This document shows, in pieces, positions 23,701-28,553 of a stretch of DNA of 38,083 bases; position 1 is the first letter of the stretch, and each line of letters starts with the position of its first letter. Made by a program: the position numbers and the translations under genes. The DNA comes from Candidatus Aenigmatarchaeota archaeon (lineage in GTDB: Archaea; Aenigmatarchaeota; Aenigmatarchaeia; CG10238-14; SCSR01): contig JAPLUY010000040.1 of assembly GCA_026397385.1 (NCBI GenBank), positions 1 to 38,083 of the forward strand, given 5' to 3'. The notes beneath the pieces were generated by a model that saw only the letters and a program-made list of their open reading frames with translations, did no database searches and was not told where the DNA came from.

Positions 23701-25520
23701 GAGGGAAGAACGGCGTCACAATAACGGGCGACATGACAACGATAATCAAAGCCAATGCTGAAATGGGGTACATGTTCTTATGGACGGGCTCAAGCGGCAC
23801 CCATCTGAACACGTTCCACCTGAATAACATCATATTCGACGGCGGCAGAACCACCGCCTGGCCTGACACGGGAACCACCGGGCTTTCCGCTGGCCCGGCA
23901 ATCGAATATGTTGATCACGTTATAGTTGATGGCATCACCGTCCAGAACACGAAACGCAATCCTCCGACCAAGGGCGCGGATGGATTAATTCTTCAGGGCG
24001 CCACCGGAGTCCCGGTGACCGACTATGAGGTGAAGAACAGCCACTTCTCCAACATATACGGCTCGGGAATCGCGGCTGCCTACATCACCCACCTCAACAT
24101 CCATGACAACGTTTTCGTGGATTGCGCCCAGTGGTATCCGATCGGAGGAGCGGTGTACGCAGGCGACGAAGTCGGCTACGTAACCCTATCCAACAACGAC
24201 ATATCCGGGCACACGGACAATGACGGCATCTACGTCGGAACCTCTAGAAGTGCCGCCACCAACGTCCTCATCACCCAGAACACCATAAACATCCAGCTCT
24301 ACGGCATGGGCGGAGGCGACACGCACCCAGAGAACCCAGGAGGATACGCGGGATCTGGGATAAAGCTGTATGGCACAGGCGGCGAGATATCGAGTAACAC
24401 CATCAACTGGAACAATGCCCACTTTAGTAATTCCACCGTAAGCTGGCCCGTCTATGTAGGCGGCATAGGGCTATGGGGTAACGGCACAAACGTTCACGAC
24501 AACATCGTCAGCAACTCCAAGTACGGCATCGAGAGCTGGAACGGGGTCACGTCGGTCGGGAACCACGTAATAACCTCGAACCAGGTCAGCGGCTGCACTT
24601 ATGGCATATATCTTCTCCAGACAGGAAGCACCGTTACAGGCAACACCCTCTCGGGCTGCGGCACCCCGGTGTACAATGCCGGAGGCAACACGGTGAGCGG
24701 CAACGCAATCGCCACTCCACAGGCTCCCATAATCGTCGATTCCACCATAAAACTGACGAGCTCGTTTGACGGCGGAGGCAGGACTTACAAGCACGGCCCT
24801 AACCTCGGAGACAACCCGATATTCAGCCTTACAGGGACCGGTGTCACGCTCTCGAACGTCGTTCTGGACGACGACAACTTCAACGGCGTCAGCGGGACGT
24901 GCGCGCTCGGAGGGACTGACAACACCATCCAGGACGTCACCCTCAACAACTGCCAGCGCTACGGCCTGATATTTACGAAAGCCACAAGGGGGACCATCCG
25001 CCACGTCACGATAACCAAGGCGCAGCACGGCATCAGCGGCAGCAGCGGCTCAGTCGGAGAGTGGAACCCGAGCACGGACTGCGTAATCGAGGACAACTAC
25101 ATCAGCGGGATGATAATAGACGGCATCAAGCTGAAGAACATGCTCAGGACCACGGTGAGGAACAACGTTATCGACGTGTACCCGTCCAACCCCGGGTACA
25201 TAGGGGACACGACGACCTACACGAAGAGCGGGATATACCTAGCAGCTTCCGACACGGCCAACAAGGATTGCACCATAGAGAACAACTACATCTACCAGTC
25301 CGCCCCACACGCACTGAAGAACCGCGGGATCCTTGTGAATCCGGACCAGACGAGCGTTACGAGCGTGTACTCTTCGGGTAACAGGATTGTAGAGAATTAC
25401 ATGGAAGGGATGGAATACGGGATCGTGGTGAAGGGGAACGATTATTATCTGGCGGACAACACCATGGCGAAAGTGAATACGCCGATACTCGACCAAGGCA
25501 CAGGAAACACTATAGTCTAG
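11712..25520 (+). CDS. Giant (4602 aa) modular secreted/surface protein: 7 beta-helix regions, a lectin/lyase-like region, Cys-rich modules and poly-Thr linkers
   Basis: Single uninterrupted 13,809-nt ORF. TTG start gives a signal-like N-terminus, MYKGVGKYAVTFLALAVLAGVMLGG. It contains repetitive N-x-(I/V)-x-x-N beta-helix turns, four internally repeated module families and long T/S/P linkers. No C-terminal TM or sorting signal was seen. Confidence 0.9.
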   Translation: MYKGVGKYAVTFLALAVLAGVMLGGLNSMVSSISGFASAVGSPSSAGSTYDVYTSGSVYYAKDPSGKVIYSDTDAVSVIQAAINKAAYGDLVRIEAGNYAISKTLYGKNGVSLSGNGAVFNATRYTGIYILKYVGSVVSQASLQSASAGSTSITVGTPNFAAPGDLIKIYEGAVWKSNGMGQMKGELAIVASVSGNTLVLKTPLMDSYSGALVGKYSPVNDFEISGLKVVGYEGSQHVGITIYGGTNIHIHDNSFYDVEVQSIAISDVTNALVDYNYFERSDAAGMGYGVALGYATDHVIVQYNEGHHCRHVIAIGGGASTFPLGGVPRYLTMKYNKAYDSGADGGGSSSAFDCHSVGEHIDYIGNEVYGGLQGIWVQQYSGLIDGNIIQGVTNRGITVTNYPNNGGITISGNTVDGPGAYALLITEPNVLVTGNTLRNGLGSGLVIDGANGTKVYGNTISNFAGNDIDIWHGSSNTDISGNTISGGANSIKIESADCKQTNIYGNCFTGRSIVDYGTGTIIGKDVCPATTTITVPSSSTSTTTTIAGTCTTHAQCSRACSASCPAGVYGCCYGCNLGQCVGGACVCLQDTPYCSNFPPYQVGSSCASGTTTTTVPPATTTTLPSCTLLTLSPSSGAPGYTVTATMSYSTCKICDYLGCSGSSCVGSQGRTGSGTFTSPGAAGTFGYYACPGGGHAVIIVTAATTTTIPAATYKLTMLSSVGGTTDPAAGVRTYPNNTWVNITAYPASGYRFVRWLRNGVNASTDNPSYLITNADKTAQPVFETIPTTTTTVAGSCTTHAQCSRACSASCPAGVYGCCYGCNLGQCVGSKCICRQDAPYCSNFPPYQVGSLCTSATTTTTSTSTTTTTVPSGYTYTLSILGSTIKAVNSAGTTVKTGSDFGAVFNYLDSVLQTGNSIHLTGGTYPVSTFAKLTKAQTLVDADSGAILSGQTGLNQDPLMIIQGLHNTVKGINFVDNYRGGVSCSVVIMGSYNTVRECTLDDSDRYGFCTDAADHFTIVYNTIYKAQYGISGSDNGANSVWSTNGYVAYNTIGDCNQCGIKMKMWKDVLVTQNTIDVGYKEWDNTSYNNGQFSDPSRYQTYGSVGIRYYQADTPTQNVTVSYNTIIDTTRKYPKGAGILVDADKHLDWTSCPYPASGEKILHNTVSTPWYGLIIQHDGVDAEYNDFSGVTGSPGIFNGWGIDIRANNCQIIGNTGSINNQGTGNTITSPITTSTTTTTIAGTCTTHAQCSRACSALCPAGVYGCCYGCNIGQCVGGACICEQDTTYCSNFPPYQVGSSCASATTTTIPAATYKLTMLSSVGGTTDPAAGVRTYPNNTWVNITAYPASGYKFVRWLRNGVNASTDNPSYLVTNADKTAQPVFEATTTTTTIIQPTTSTTATSTTTTSTTTTIPSTTTTRPSSTTTTAIIPTTTTLLQTCKLATVTLKQNCAAGSSSACEQGETVVVSGTYTGDCAAADFLQADALSSDGLCDIEYLGGNMRGIGASSITLSGGTVSGAWTVPVIASACSGKIISPTAAALYDGGAPGTGTMVNITRTVAGSFALAAAATTTTITTTTTSTTTTTIPQPCKLTSVSLSPNCAAGSPSACEQGETVVVSGTYTGDCAATDFLQADALSSDGSCTIQNAGGSMQGIATAVSPSGGAISSTWTVPFISSACYGTVISPVRATLYTGLVSSSSATSVSGSFAFAACSNHAQCSQVCSSSCAANVYGCCSGCNIGQCNSQTHRCYCSSDSTYCSSAPSYQVGQACGATTTIVPTTTTIKPTTTTTTMPATTTTKPPTTTTTTTPTTTPYTVSASGSTYTAKNPSGGVIYSGSSASTAIQSAITSLPSGRTSKVKILLQGDFTLAKTITIANYMVLELNGKITLANSANQHMLYASGKSNFEIIGGEWDGNKANQVGYAYQSDVRGFELESCTDYLVSGVTVHNTVDDAVASLYCSRATIDHNNVYDCGGAIPLYYTSDSRVTNNIIHDAHAGIYMYTEDDGIVQHVDNNVVTGNTVSRTWLSGIVVSLRGMEDFGQHNTIAYNTLIDCGTDQTHSGISIGWGLGNAVVGHADYNECHDNEIYETGAYVVSNPMVIKGVSNHVWSNTIHDVGTTAIVISGHDNLVENNSVSRVKNLASFGIELWNANSNTVRNNTVNQVPHSCIWLLNDCSGNKIDGNTIMGWGVYGAYIEGSGNYITNNKFYGLASTMIMDSGVGNVKTNNINYPTATPTTTTAPTTTTTTTTLPSCTSLTLFPASGATSYTVTATMPYSTCKLCDYLGCSGSNCMGTSIRTGSGTFTAPGAAGVFGYYACPGGGYASITVAAATTTTVPATTTTVLPTTTTSPTPAAYGYTVSTDGTNYYAKTASGNVAAQGTDFGALMNTLNGQLKTGDVVLFKNGVYLVGATTVTNANKDGITYRGESRDGAIIRAASATSTGALLVIYSGAGGMHPANNIVQSLTFDGNFNTVISPTVAIGGYNNTVENCHFINTMQYGLHAWRGHNFRFINNRVEKAQYGISTGADNTEWNTGGIIANNYITDPMEVGIKLRWIKDTLVYNNTVDVTYVTWLGDVYNGLSYDNAAGITYYHGDGPTQNVTVANNTIYDRSTTPGGTAGVWVSADNLANQGLSSSISANEKIINNTIYGTNWGIGSALPGVVIQGNTISNIVVGYSMGGMGIDLTASPNTQITSNTLVNTGISIRGSSSGVSISKNTISGGNTYWRLDGDCIGVWNDGTSTHADRAVIDGNTIKNCRRYGVDLYNYISNPVSGTTISNNCFSASASGNILDGGTGTVNTNNAACSTATTTTTTSTTSTTTTTMPSCTSLTLSPSSGAPGYTVTATMQYSTCKICDYLGCSGSSCTGSQGRTGSGTFTAPGAAGAFGYYACPGAGYGTLTVVAPTTTTTLPVTTTTTTTTSTTVPATGGTTYSADFESDDSFKWGVDGVGDYMLYGNHVTSGSPPPYWTRGGWPAYVYPAALTFTPSTQFVHGGTQSAKLSIVNTSLEATRRLEVLHDWDPSSSQYLQETVWYYFPSSIAPLDGWVTFHRPVYERMWDQNKAVYYQNFQISVSAMTDGRSATIGQQIMVLSLGKGNIDNNNDGVTETWTNMNADLYSNRDSSQTVPSSWQTQRSGLQLPLDKWFKVTSIVYRNLTDFNNGYVKVWIDDNLVWDVQWTRTVGIAPSVLKAIDSLPSDPQGYLCSGFGLYTDIGTKPKTIYADDVTISSSTLSSSTYKLTMLSSVGGTIDPVPGAYTYPNNTRVNITAYPTSGYRFVLWLRNGVNASTDNPSYLMTTSDKTAQPMFETVTTTTLPSTTTTLPSTTTTIKPTTTTLPQPCRLASASLSPNCAGGSSSACEKGETVSMSGTYTGDCAAANFLQVDALSSDGLCDIQYVGGTMQGVSAPSITLSGGTVSGSWAVPVIASSCSGKTMNPTYAALWKGVPVTGTQINMTSSTSGSLALAATPTTTTTIAQSTTTTQQSTTAYVVSASGSTYYAKSPSGSTLYSGASATSAIQTAINSASAGSSVLLKAATYLLDSTIYGKNGVSLKGEAGSILSLSNLGTYGQALDYSGTTGASTISAAQAAKGATSITVSSASGISAGSLVFIYNNGVEWKGNTRHQKQGEIRAVSSVSGGTVYLAQPLEDTYASGSSVVVVNPAKNFEVSGLTFNGVRGLDQYGVTVEYGQNVKIHDNNFSYCQLNGVGFRNVLDSEIYKNRMVHSDTAGYGYGVSLAYACQNVSVYDNYMETNRHAIAIGGGSGAGIPRHINLYRDHSYNATNAGFDCHPVGEDINYVNCWSESDQHGFNVEMFSGVVSGNLVTNSHEEGIEISNLVGSDNVTISNNTVVGSWHMGIQSNSKRVNILYNNLTNCGQSAGYYAIYLARGSNTDNDAIVYNYSADYNNIYGNTIKSTTGSGTTYIATGVVGTTYNAPTTTTTTLPSASNTYTVLVSGSTYTSKNPSGSTIYSGTLAASAIQSALNSVGTGQTVYIKSGTYPINLPLSGGKNGVTITGDMTTIIKANAEMGYMFLWTGSSGTHLNTFHLNNIIFDGGRTTAWPDTGTTGLSAGPAIEYVDHVIVDGITVQNTKRNPPTKGADGLILQGATGVPVTDYEVKNSHFSNIYGSGIAAAYITHLNIHDNVFVDCAQWYPIGGAVYAGDEVGYVTLSNNDISGHTDNDGIYVGTSRSAATNVLITQNTINIQLYGMGGGDTHPENPGGYAGSGIKLYGTGGEISSNTINWNNAHFSNSTVSWPVYVGGIGLWGNGTNVHDNIVSNSKYGIESWNGVTSVGNHVITSNQVSGCTYGIYLLQTGSTVTGNTLSGCGTPVYNAGGNTVSGNAIATPQAPIIVDSTIKLTSSFDGGGRTYKHGPNLGDNPIFSLTGTGVTLSNVVLDDDNFNGVSGTCALGGTDNTIQDVTLNNCQRYGLIFTKATRGTIRHVTITKAQHGISGSSGSVGEWNPSTDCVIEDNYISGMIIDGIKLKNMLRTTVRNNVIDVYPSNPGYIGDTTTYTKSGIYLAASDTANKDCTIENNYIYQSAPHALKNRGILVNPDQTSVTSVYSSGNRIVENYMEGMEYGIVVKGNDYYLADNTMAKVNTPILDQGTGNTIV
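11859..13290 (+). other. Right-handed parallel beta-helix region 1 (PbH1/CASH, pectin-lyase-fold-like)
   Basis: Turns such as GNTISNFAGNDIDIWHGSSNTDISGNTISGGANSIKIE, plus HCRHVIAIGGG and FDCHSVGEHIDY. It is a paralog of region 5. Boundaries are approximate. Confidence 0.6.
13359..13529 (+). repeat. Module A copy 1 (57 aa, 12 Cys)
   Basis: CTTHAQCSRACSASCPAGVYGCCYGCNLGQCVGGACVCLQDTPYCSNFPPYQVGSSC. Its first 98 nt differ from copy 2 at 1 position. Confidence 0.9.
13578..13811 (+). repeat. Module B copy 1 (78 aa, 6 Cys)
   Basis: LPSCTLLTLSPSSGAPGYTVTATMSYSTCKICDYLGCSGSSCVGSQGRTGSGTFTSPGAAGTFGYYACPGGGHAVIIV. Confidence 0.9.
13848..14060 (+). repeat. Module C copy 1 (71 aa, divergent InlB B-repeat-like)
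   Basis: YKLTMLSSVGGTTDPAAGVRTYPNNTWVNITAYPASGYRFVRWLRNGVNASTDNPSYLITNADKTAQPVFE. The pattern ..A.P..GY.F..W.. is typical of bacterial InlB B-repeat domains. Confidence 0.8.
14097..14267 (+). repeat. Module A copy 2
   Basis: CTTHAQCSRACSASCPAGVYGCCYGCNLGQCVGSKCICRQDAPYCSNFPPYQVGSLC. Confidence 0.9.
14325..15390 (+). other. Beta-helix region 2
   Basis: NTIYKAQYGISGSDNG, NTIGDCNQCGIKMK, QNTIDVGY, HNTVSTPWYGLII. Same class as regions 4 and 7. Boundaries are approximate. Confidence 0.55.
15435..15605 (+). repeat. Module A copy 3
   Basis: CTTHAQCSRACSALCPAGVYGCCYGCNIGQCVGGACICEQDTTYCSNFPPYQVGSSC. A 55-nt block spanning its 5' edge and a 35-nt block at its 3' edge are identical to copy 1. Confidence 0.9.
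15642..15854 (+). repeat. Module C copy 2
   Basis: Same 71 aa with 2 substitutions relative to copy 1 (R/K, I/V). The nucleotide differences are almost all synonymous third positions. Confidence 0.85.
15855..16019 (+). repeat. Thr-rich low-complexity linker
   Basis: ATTTTTTIIQPTTSTTATSTTTTSTTTTIPSTTTTRPSSTTTTAIIPTTTTLLQT, encoded by ACN-rich DNA. Similar shorter linkers separate most modules. Confidence 0.85.
16020..16400 (+). repeat. Module D copy 1 (about 127 aa, 6 Cys)
   Basis: CKLATVTLKQNCAAGSSSACEQGETVVVSGTYTGDCAAADFLQADALSSDGLCDIEYLGG...IASACSGKIISP...GSFALA. Confidence 0.85.
16470..16832 (+). repeat. Module D copy 2
   Basis: CKLTSVSLSPNCAAGSPSACEQGETVVVSGTYTGDCAATDFLQADALSSDGSCTIQNAGG.... 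Positions 16499-16622 match 16049-16172 at 122 of 124 nt. Confidence 0.9.
16836..17012 (+). repeat. Module A copy 4 (diverged)
   Basis: CSNHAQCSQVCSSSCAANVYGCCSGCNIGQCNSQTHRCYCSSDSTYCSSAPSYQVGQAC. Same Cys spacing with a 2-aa insertion. Confidence 0.85.
17013..17138 (+). repeat. Thr/Pro-rich low-complexity linker
   Basis: GATTTIVPTTTTIKPTTTTTTMPATTTTKPPTTTTTTTPTTT. Confidence 0.85.
17139..18392 (+). other. Beta-helix region 3
   Basis: HNNVYDCGG, NNIIHDAHAGIYMY, GNTVSRTWLSGIVV, NNTVNQVPHSCIWL, GNTIMGWGVYGAYI. The N-terminal cap TYTAKNPSGGVIYSGSSASTAIQSAI is shared with region 6. Boundaries are approximate. Confidence 0.55.
18447..18680 (+). repeat. Module B copy 2
   Basis: LPSCTSLTLFPASGATSYTVTATMPYSTCKLCDYLGCSGSNCMGTSIRTGSGTFTAPGAAGVFGYYACPGGGYASITV. 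Confidence 0.9.
18756..20113 (+). other. Beta-helix region 4
   Basis: NNRVEKAQYGIST, NNYITDPMEVGIKL, NNTIYGTNWGIG, GNTISNIVVGY, GNTIKNCRRYGVDL. Boundaries are approximate. Confidence 0.55.
20166..20399 (+). repeat. Module B copy 3
   Basis: MPSCTSLTLSPSSGAPGYTVTATMQYSTCKICDYLGCSGSSCTGSQGRTGSGTFTAPGAAGAFGYYACPGAGYGTLTV. Confidence 0.9.
20478..21375 (+). other. Beta-sandwich region, concanavalin-A-like lectin/glucanase or polysaccharide-lyase-like (tentative)
   Basis: TYSADFESDDSFKWGVDG...HGGTQSAKLSIVN...WYYFPS...WVTFHRPVYE...GYVKVWIDDNLVWDV. The assignment rests on motif pattern only. Confidence 0.4.
21399..21611 (+). repeat. Module C copy 3
   Basis: YKLTMLSSVGGTIDPVPGAYTYPNNTRVNITAYPTSGYRFVLWLRNGVNASTDNPSYLMTTSDKTAQPMFE. 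Confidence 0.85.
21705..22082 (+). repeat. Module D copy 3 (more diverged)
   Basis: CRLASASLSPNCAGGSSSACEKGETVSMSGTYTGDCAAANFLQVDALSSDGLCDIQYVGG...IASSCSGKTMNP...GSLALA. Confidence 0.85.
22146..23487 (+). other. Beta-helix region 5 (paralog of region 1)
   Basis: GKNGVSLKGEAG, HDNNFSYCQLNGVGF, TNRHAIAIGGG, FDCHPVGEDINY, NNTVVGSWHMGIQS. Boundaries are approximate. Confidence 0.6.
23521..24715 (+). other. Beta-helix region 6
   Basis: Cap TYTSKNPSGSTIYSGTLAASAIQSAL, then HDNVFVDCAQWY, SNNDISGHTDNDGIYV, HDNIVSNSKYGIESW, SNQVSGCTYGIYL. Boundaries are approximate. Confidence 0.55.
24716..25517 (+). other. Beta-helix region 7 (C-terminal)
   Basis: LNNCQRYGLIF, ITKAQHGISGS, EDNYISGMIIDGIKL, RNNVIDVYP, ENNYIYQS. 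Boundaries are approximate. Confidence 0.55.
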
Positions 25521-25534
25521 GAACGGACTAGACT

Positions 25535-27043
25535 TTACGTACCCTCCTTCCAGGACGACAGGTACTTCTTCTGCTCATCCGTCAGCGTGTCGATGCGCAC
25601 GTCCATAGACGCGAGCTTCAGCCGCGCGACGCGCAGGTCGATGTCCTCGGGCACGTCGTAGACGAGCGGCTCGAGATCCTTCGCATGCTTCGCAAGGTAC
25701 TCGGCGCACAGCGCCTGGTCGGCGAAGCTCATGTCCATAACTTCAGACGGATGCCCTTCGGCCGCCGCGAGGTTGACGAGCCGACCTTCTGCCAGAAGGT
25801 ACAGCCGCTTGCCCGCTCGCGTTGTGTATTCGTCCACGTTGTCACGCATCCTGCGCTTGCTCGCTGAGATGCTCTCGAGGTCGGGTATCGAGATTTCCGC
25901 GTTGAAGTGGCCCGAGTTCGCGAGGATAGCGTTGTCCTTCATCACGGCCATGTGCTCGGCCCTGATGACGTTCTTGTCCCCGGTCGCCGTCACGAAGATG
26001 TCGCCTATGCGCGCCGCTTCGGCTATCGTCATCACCCTCAGCCCGTCCATCGTCGCCTTCAGTGCCTTTGTCGGGTCTACCTCGGTTATTATGACGTTAG
26101 CGCCCATTCCCCGCGCCACCTTCGCTATGCCGCTCGCGCAGTAGCCGTAGCCGCAGACCACGAAGTTCTTGCCCGCCAGCAGCACGTTCGTCGCGCGGAT
26201 GATGCCGTCGATTGTGCTCTGGCCGGTGCCGTAATAATTGTCGAACATGTGCTTGGTCGGGGTGTCGTTCACGGCGAACAGCGGGTATCTCAGCGCGCCG
26301 TCCGCTGCCATCGCGCGCATGCGTATGACGCCCGTGGTCGTCTCCTCCTGCCCGCCGAAGACGTTCGGTATAAGGTCCGCGCGCTTCGAGTGCACGGTGC
26401 TTATCAGGTCGGCGCCGTCGTCCATCGTTATGTTCGGGCGCGTGTCGAGCGCGCGGTTCAGGCACCAGTAGTACTCGTCGTTCGTCACGCCGCGCCAAGC
26501 GAAGACCTTGATGTCTTCAGCAGCCAGTGCGGCCGCGACGTCGTCCTGCGTGCTCAACGGGTTCGACCCGCACAGCGCGACCTCGGCACCGCCGGCCTTC
26601 AGCGTGCGCATCAACACAGCGGTCTCCTTCGTGACGTGCAGGCACGCTGCGATGCGCACGCCCGATAGCGGCTTCGACGCCTCGAACTCGCGGCGGATCC
26701 GCATCAGCACAGGCATGTGGCGTTCGGCCCACTCGATCTTAAGACCGCCCTGCCCGGCGAGCCCGATGTCCTTCACGCGATAATTTCCATTCTGGGGCTT
26801 CTGCGGCTGCGCCTGGGGCTGCAACCTGGGCTGCATCTGTGCCTTCAAAACTGGAGCAGGCTTGACGGCTTCCGGCTGCGGCAGCTGCGTCTGCATCCCT
26901 GGCTCGACCTTGACAGGATGCGCCGACCGCTCGCGGTTCAGCATCGGCAGAAGGCTCACGTAGAAAGCGTCTATCTTCCTCTCGATGGCCCGCATCTCCT
27001 CTTCGAGCTCCTCGAGCCGCATGGTGTTTCCTTCGTAGACCAT
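25535..27043 (-). CDS. ahcY: S-adenosyl-L-homocysteine hydrolase with an extra N-terminal segment of about 86 aa
   Basis: From residue ~88 on: [50 protein letters not shown], and the NAD site [12 protein letters not shown]. The core of about 416 aa matches archaeal SAHH length. Residues 1-86 are a heptad-like acidic helix plus a P/Q-rich tract. Confidence 0.9.
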   Translation of the reverse strand: MVYEGNTMRLEELEEEMRAIERKIDAFYVSLLPMLNRERSAHPVKVEPGMQTQLPQPEAVKPAPVLKAQMQPRLQPQAQPQKPQNGNYRVKDIGLAGQGGLKIEWAERHMPVLMRIRREFEASKPLSGVRIAACLHVTKETAVLMRTLKAGGAEVALCGSNPLSTQDDVAAALAAEDIKVFAWRGVTNDEYYWCLNRALDTRPNITMDDGADLISTVHSKRADLIPNVFGGQEETTTGVIRMRAMAADGALRYPLFAVNDTPTKHMFDNYYGTGQSTIDGIIRATNVLLAGKNFVVCGYGYCASGIAKVARGMGANVIITEVDPTKALKATMDGLRVMTIAEAARIGDIFVTATGDKNVIRAEHMAVMKDNAILANSGHFNAEISIPDLESISASKRRMRDNVDEYTTRAGKRLYLLAEGRLVNLAAAEGHPSEVMDMSFADQALCAEYLAKHAKDLEPLVYDVPEDIDLRVARLKLASMDVRIDTLTDEQKKYLSSWKEGT

Positions 27044-27104
27044 ACGAATGACTTTGAAGTAAAAGTATTAATAATCTACCAACTATGGATTGACGTGATG
27101 GAAA

Positions 27105-27566
27105 ATGGCGGTAATAGGCGTGAAAGCGCTTGAAGCGCTGAACAGGGGAAAGTTCGAACTCAGGACCCGCGAGGATCTCGATGATCTTAAACTCGGCAAG
27201 CACGCGCGCAAGATAGCGGAGTACGCTTCGGTCGGACCCATTGACAAACCCGTTCGCGTCGAAAACATAGCAAGAAATGTCGGGCTCAGCAAGAAGCAGG
27301 CTTACATGGCTCTCGAATGCATGGTGGATCGCCGCGATCCGGTGTTCGCCAAGTTCAAGGACCAGGACGTCATCGAGTACCTGCGCACGCCACCGCGGGC
27401 CGGCTGGCTCCATGAGGCGCTGCAGGACCTTACCGTGGCGATAGACGAGCTCGGCCAAAAGATGCCCAGTTACGGTAAGACGTCGTGGAACTACGTGCCA
27501 CTCATCGAAAAGAACGGCATGCCGATATACAGCAGCATGCAGCTCAACTTCCTGCGCGGCATATGA
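27105..27566 (+). CDS. Hypothetical protein, possible winged-helix DNA-binding domain
   Basis: 153-aa ORF. VRVENIARNVGLSKKQAYMALECMV looks like an HTH recognition segment. No family is recognised. Confidence 0.5.
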   Translation: MAVIGVKALEALNRGKFELRTREDLDDLKLGKHARKIAEYASVGPIDKPVRVENIARNVGLSKKQAYMALECMVDRRDPVFAKFKDQDVIEYLRTPPRAGWLHEALQDLTVAIDELGQKMPSYGKTSWNYVPLIEKNGMPIYSSMQLNFLRGI

Positions 27567-27611
27567 GCACGCCGGGCAATGTTTTTCTTCGTTGCGGTCC
27601 AATCTTAATCC

Positions 27612-28259
27612 ATGCTAGCTAAGAAGCAGCTTGAGATAGCGCTGTCGAAGCTCCGCGTGCCGGAGAAGCCGGACGTGAAACTCGAGCAGTATGCGATTCC
27701 TTCGGACCTCGCTGCCGAGGTAGTGAACATGGCGACCGTCGCAGGCGACATCGAAGGCAAGGTCGTCTTCGATATGGGGTGCGGCAGCGGACGCCTGGCC
27801 ATAGGTGCGGCGCTTATGGGCGCGGACCGCGTTGTCGGTGTGGACGTGGACGACGCGTCGATTGCGCTGGCGAAGGAGAACGCGAATTCCGCCGGCGTTT
27901 CCGATGTAACGGACTTCGTGCAGGCGGACATAGGAGAGTTCTCGGACAACTGCGACACGGTTCTGCAGAACCCGCCCTTCGGCATGCGCAGCACAAAGGG
28001 CGCGGACCGCGCGTTCCTCCTGAAGGCGCTGCAGTGCGTGCGGCGCGGCGGACGCGTCTACAGCCTGCACCGCGGCGGCTACGAGGGCGAGCACGGCAAC
28101 GAGCGGACTCGCGAGTTCCTGACGAACTTCGTGGAGCAGAACGGCGGGAAGGTGCTCGGCGTGCAGGAATTTAAATTCGATGTACCATATATGTTTAAAT
28201 TCCACAGAAAACCAAAGGTAAGTTATAACGTCGACCTTTTCGTCGTGGAAAGAGTTTGA
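27612..28259 (+). CDS. SAM-dependent N6-adenine methyltransferase, COG2263/METTL5-like (putative rRNA m6A MTase)
   Basis: SAM motif I VVFDMGCGSGRLAIGAAL, acidic loop VVGVDVD, and catalytic motif IV DTVLQNPPFG. About 200 aa, as in archaeal COG2263 proteins. Confidence 0.8.
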   Translation: MLAKKQLEIALSKLRVPEKPDVKLEQYAIPSDLAAEVVNMATVAGDIEGKVVFDMGCGSGRLAIGAALMGADRVVGVDVDDASIALAKENANSAGVSDVTDFVQADIGEFSDNCDTVLQNPPFGMRSTKGADRAFLLKALQCVRRGGRVYSLHRGGYEGEHGNERTREFLTNFVEQNGGKVLGVQEFKFDVPYMFKFHRKPKVSYNVDLFVVERV

Positions 28260-28269
28260 GGTTTTGTAA

Positions 28270-28548
28270 ATGGAACTGAAATCCGTCAAAGAATCGGACG
28301 ATACGCTATTGCTCGAAGTCAAGAACGAGACCGTCACCGTCACGAACGTCATCAAGGGCGAGCTTTGGGACGATGAGAACGTGAAGGAGGCGGCGCAGAT
28401 CAAGGAGCACCCTTATCTCGCGGAGCCGAAGATATTCGTGAAGGTCTCGAAGGGCAAGCCCGTGGTCGCGCTGGACAAGGCGGCCGAGCGCGTGATCAAG
28501 CAGATAGACGAGTTCTCTGAATCGTTCAAGAAGGCGCTGAAGGCGTAG
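28270..28548 (+). CDS. rpoL: DNA-directed RNA polymerase subunit Rpo11 (RpoL)
   Basis: LLLEVKNETVTVTNVIKGEL...AAQIKEHPYLAEPKIFVKVSKGKPVVALDKAAE aligns with the archaeal Rpo11 pattern (L.LEI.GEDHTLGN....L....V.FA.Y...HPL...P.I.I.T.....P..AL). The DHT of GEDHTL is replaced here. Confidence 0.75.
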   Translation: MELKSVKESDDTLLLEVKNETVTVTNVIKGELWDDENVKEAAQIKEHPYLAEPKIFVKVSKGKPVVALDKAAERVIKQIDEFSESFKKALKA

Positions 28549-28553
28549 GCCGC

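Noticed and set aside
12051-25496. Dozens of 60-440-aa ORFs in other frames and on the other strand inside the giant gene (for example 13289..14608 +, 16019..17098 +, 17373..18077 -, 18582..19475 -, 22221..23015 -)
   Set aside because: All are Arg/His/Gly/Pro-rich shadows. Several recur simply because the underlying modules are repeated. The single 4602-codon frame explains the whole region.
25907-28403. Large shadow ORFs 25907..26668 +, 26739..27602 - and 27615..28403 -
   Set aside because: They are opposite or overlapping to ahcY, the 27105..27566 ORF and the methyltransferase, which carry real motifs. Their translations are Arg/Ala/His-rich.
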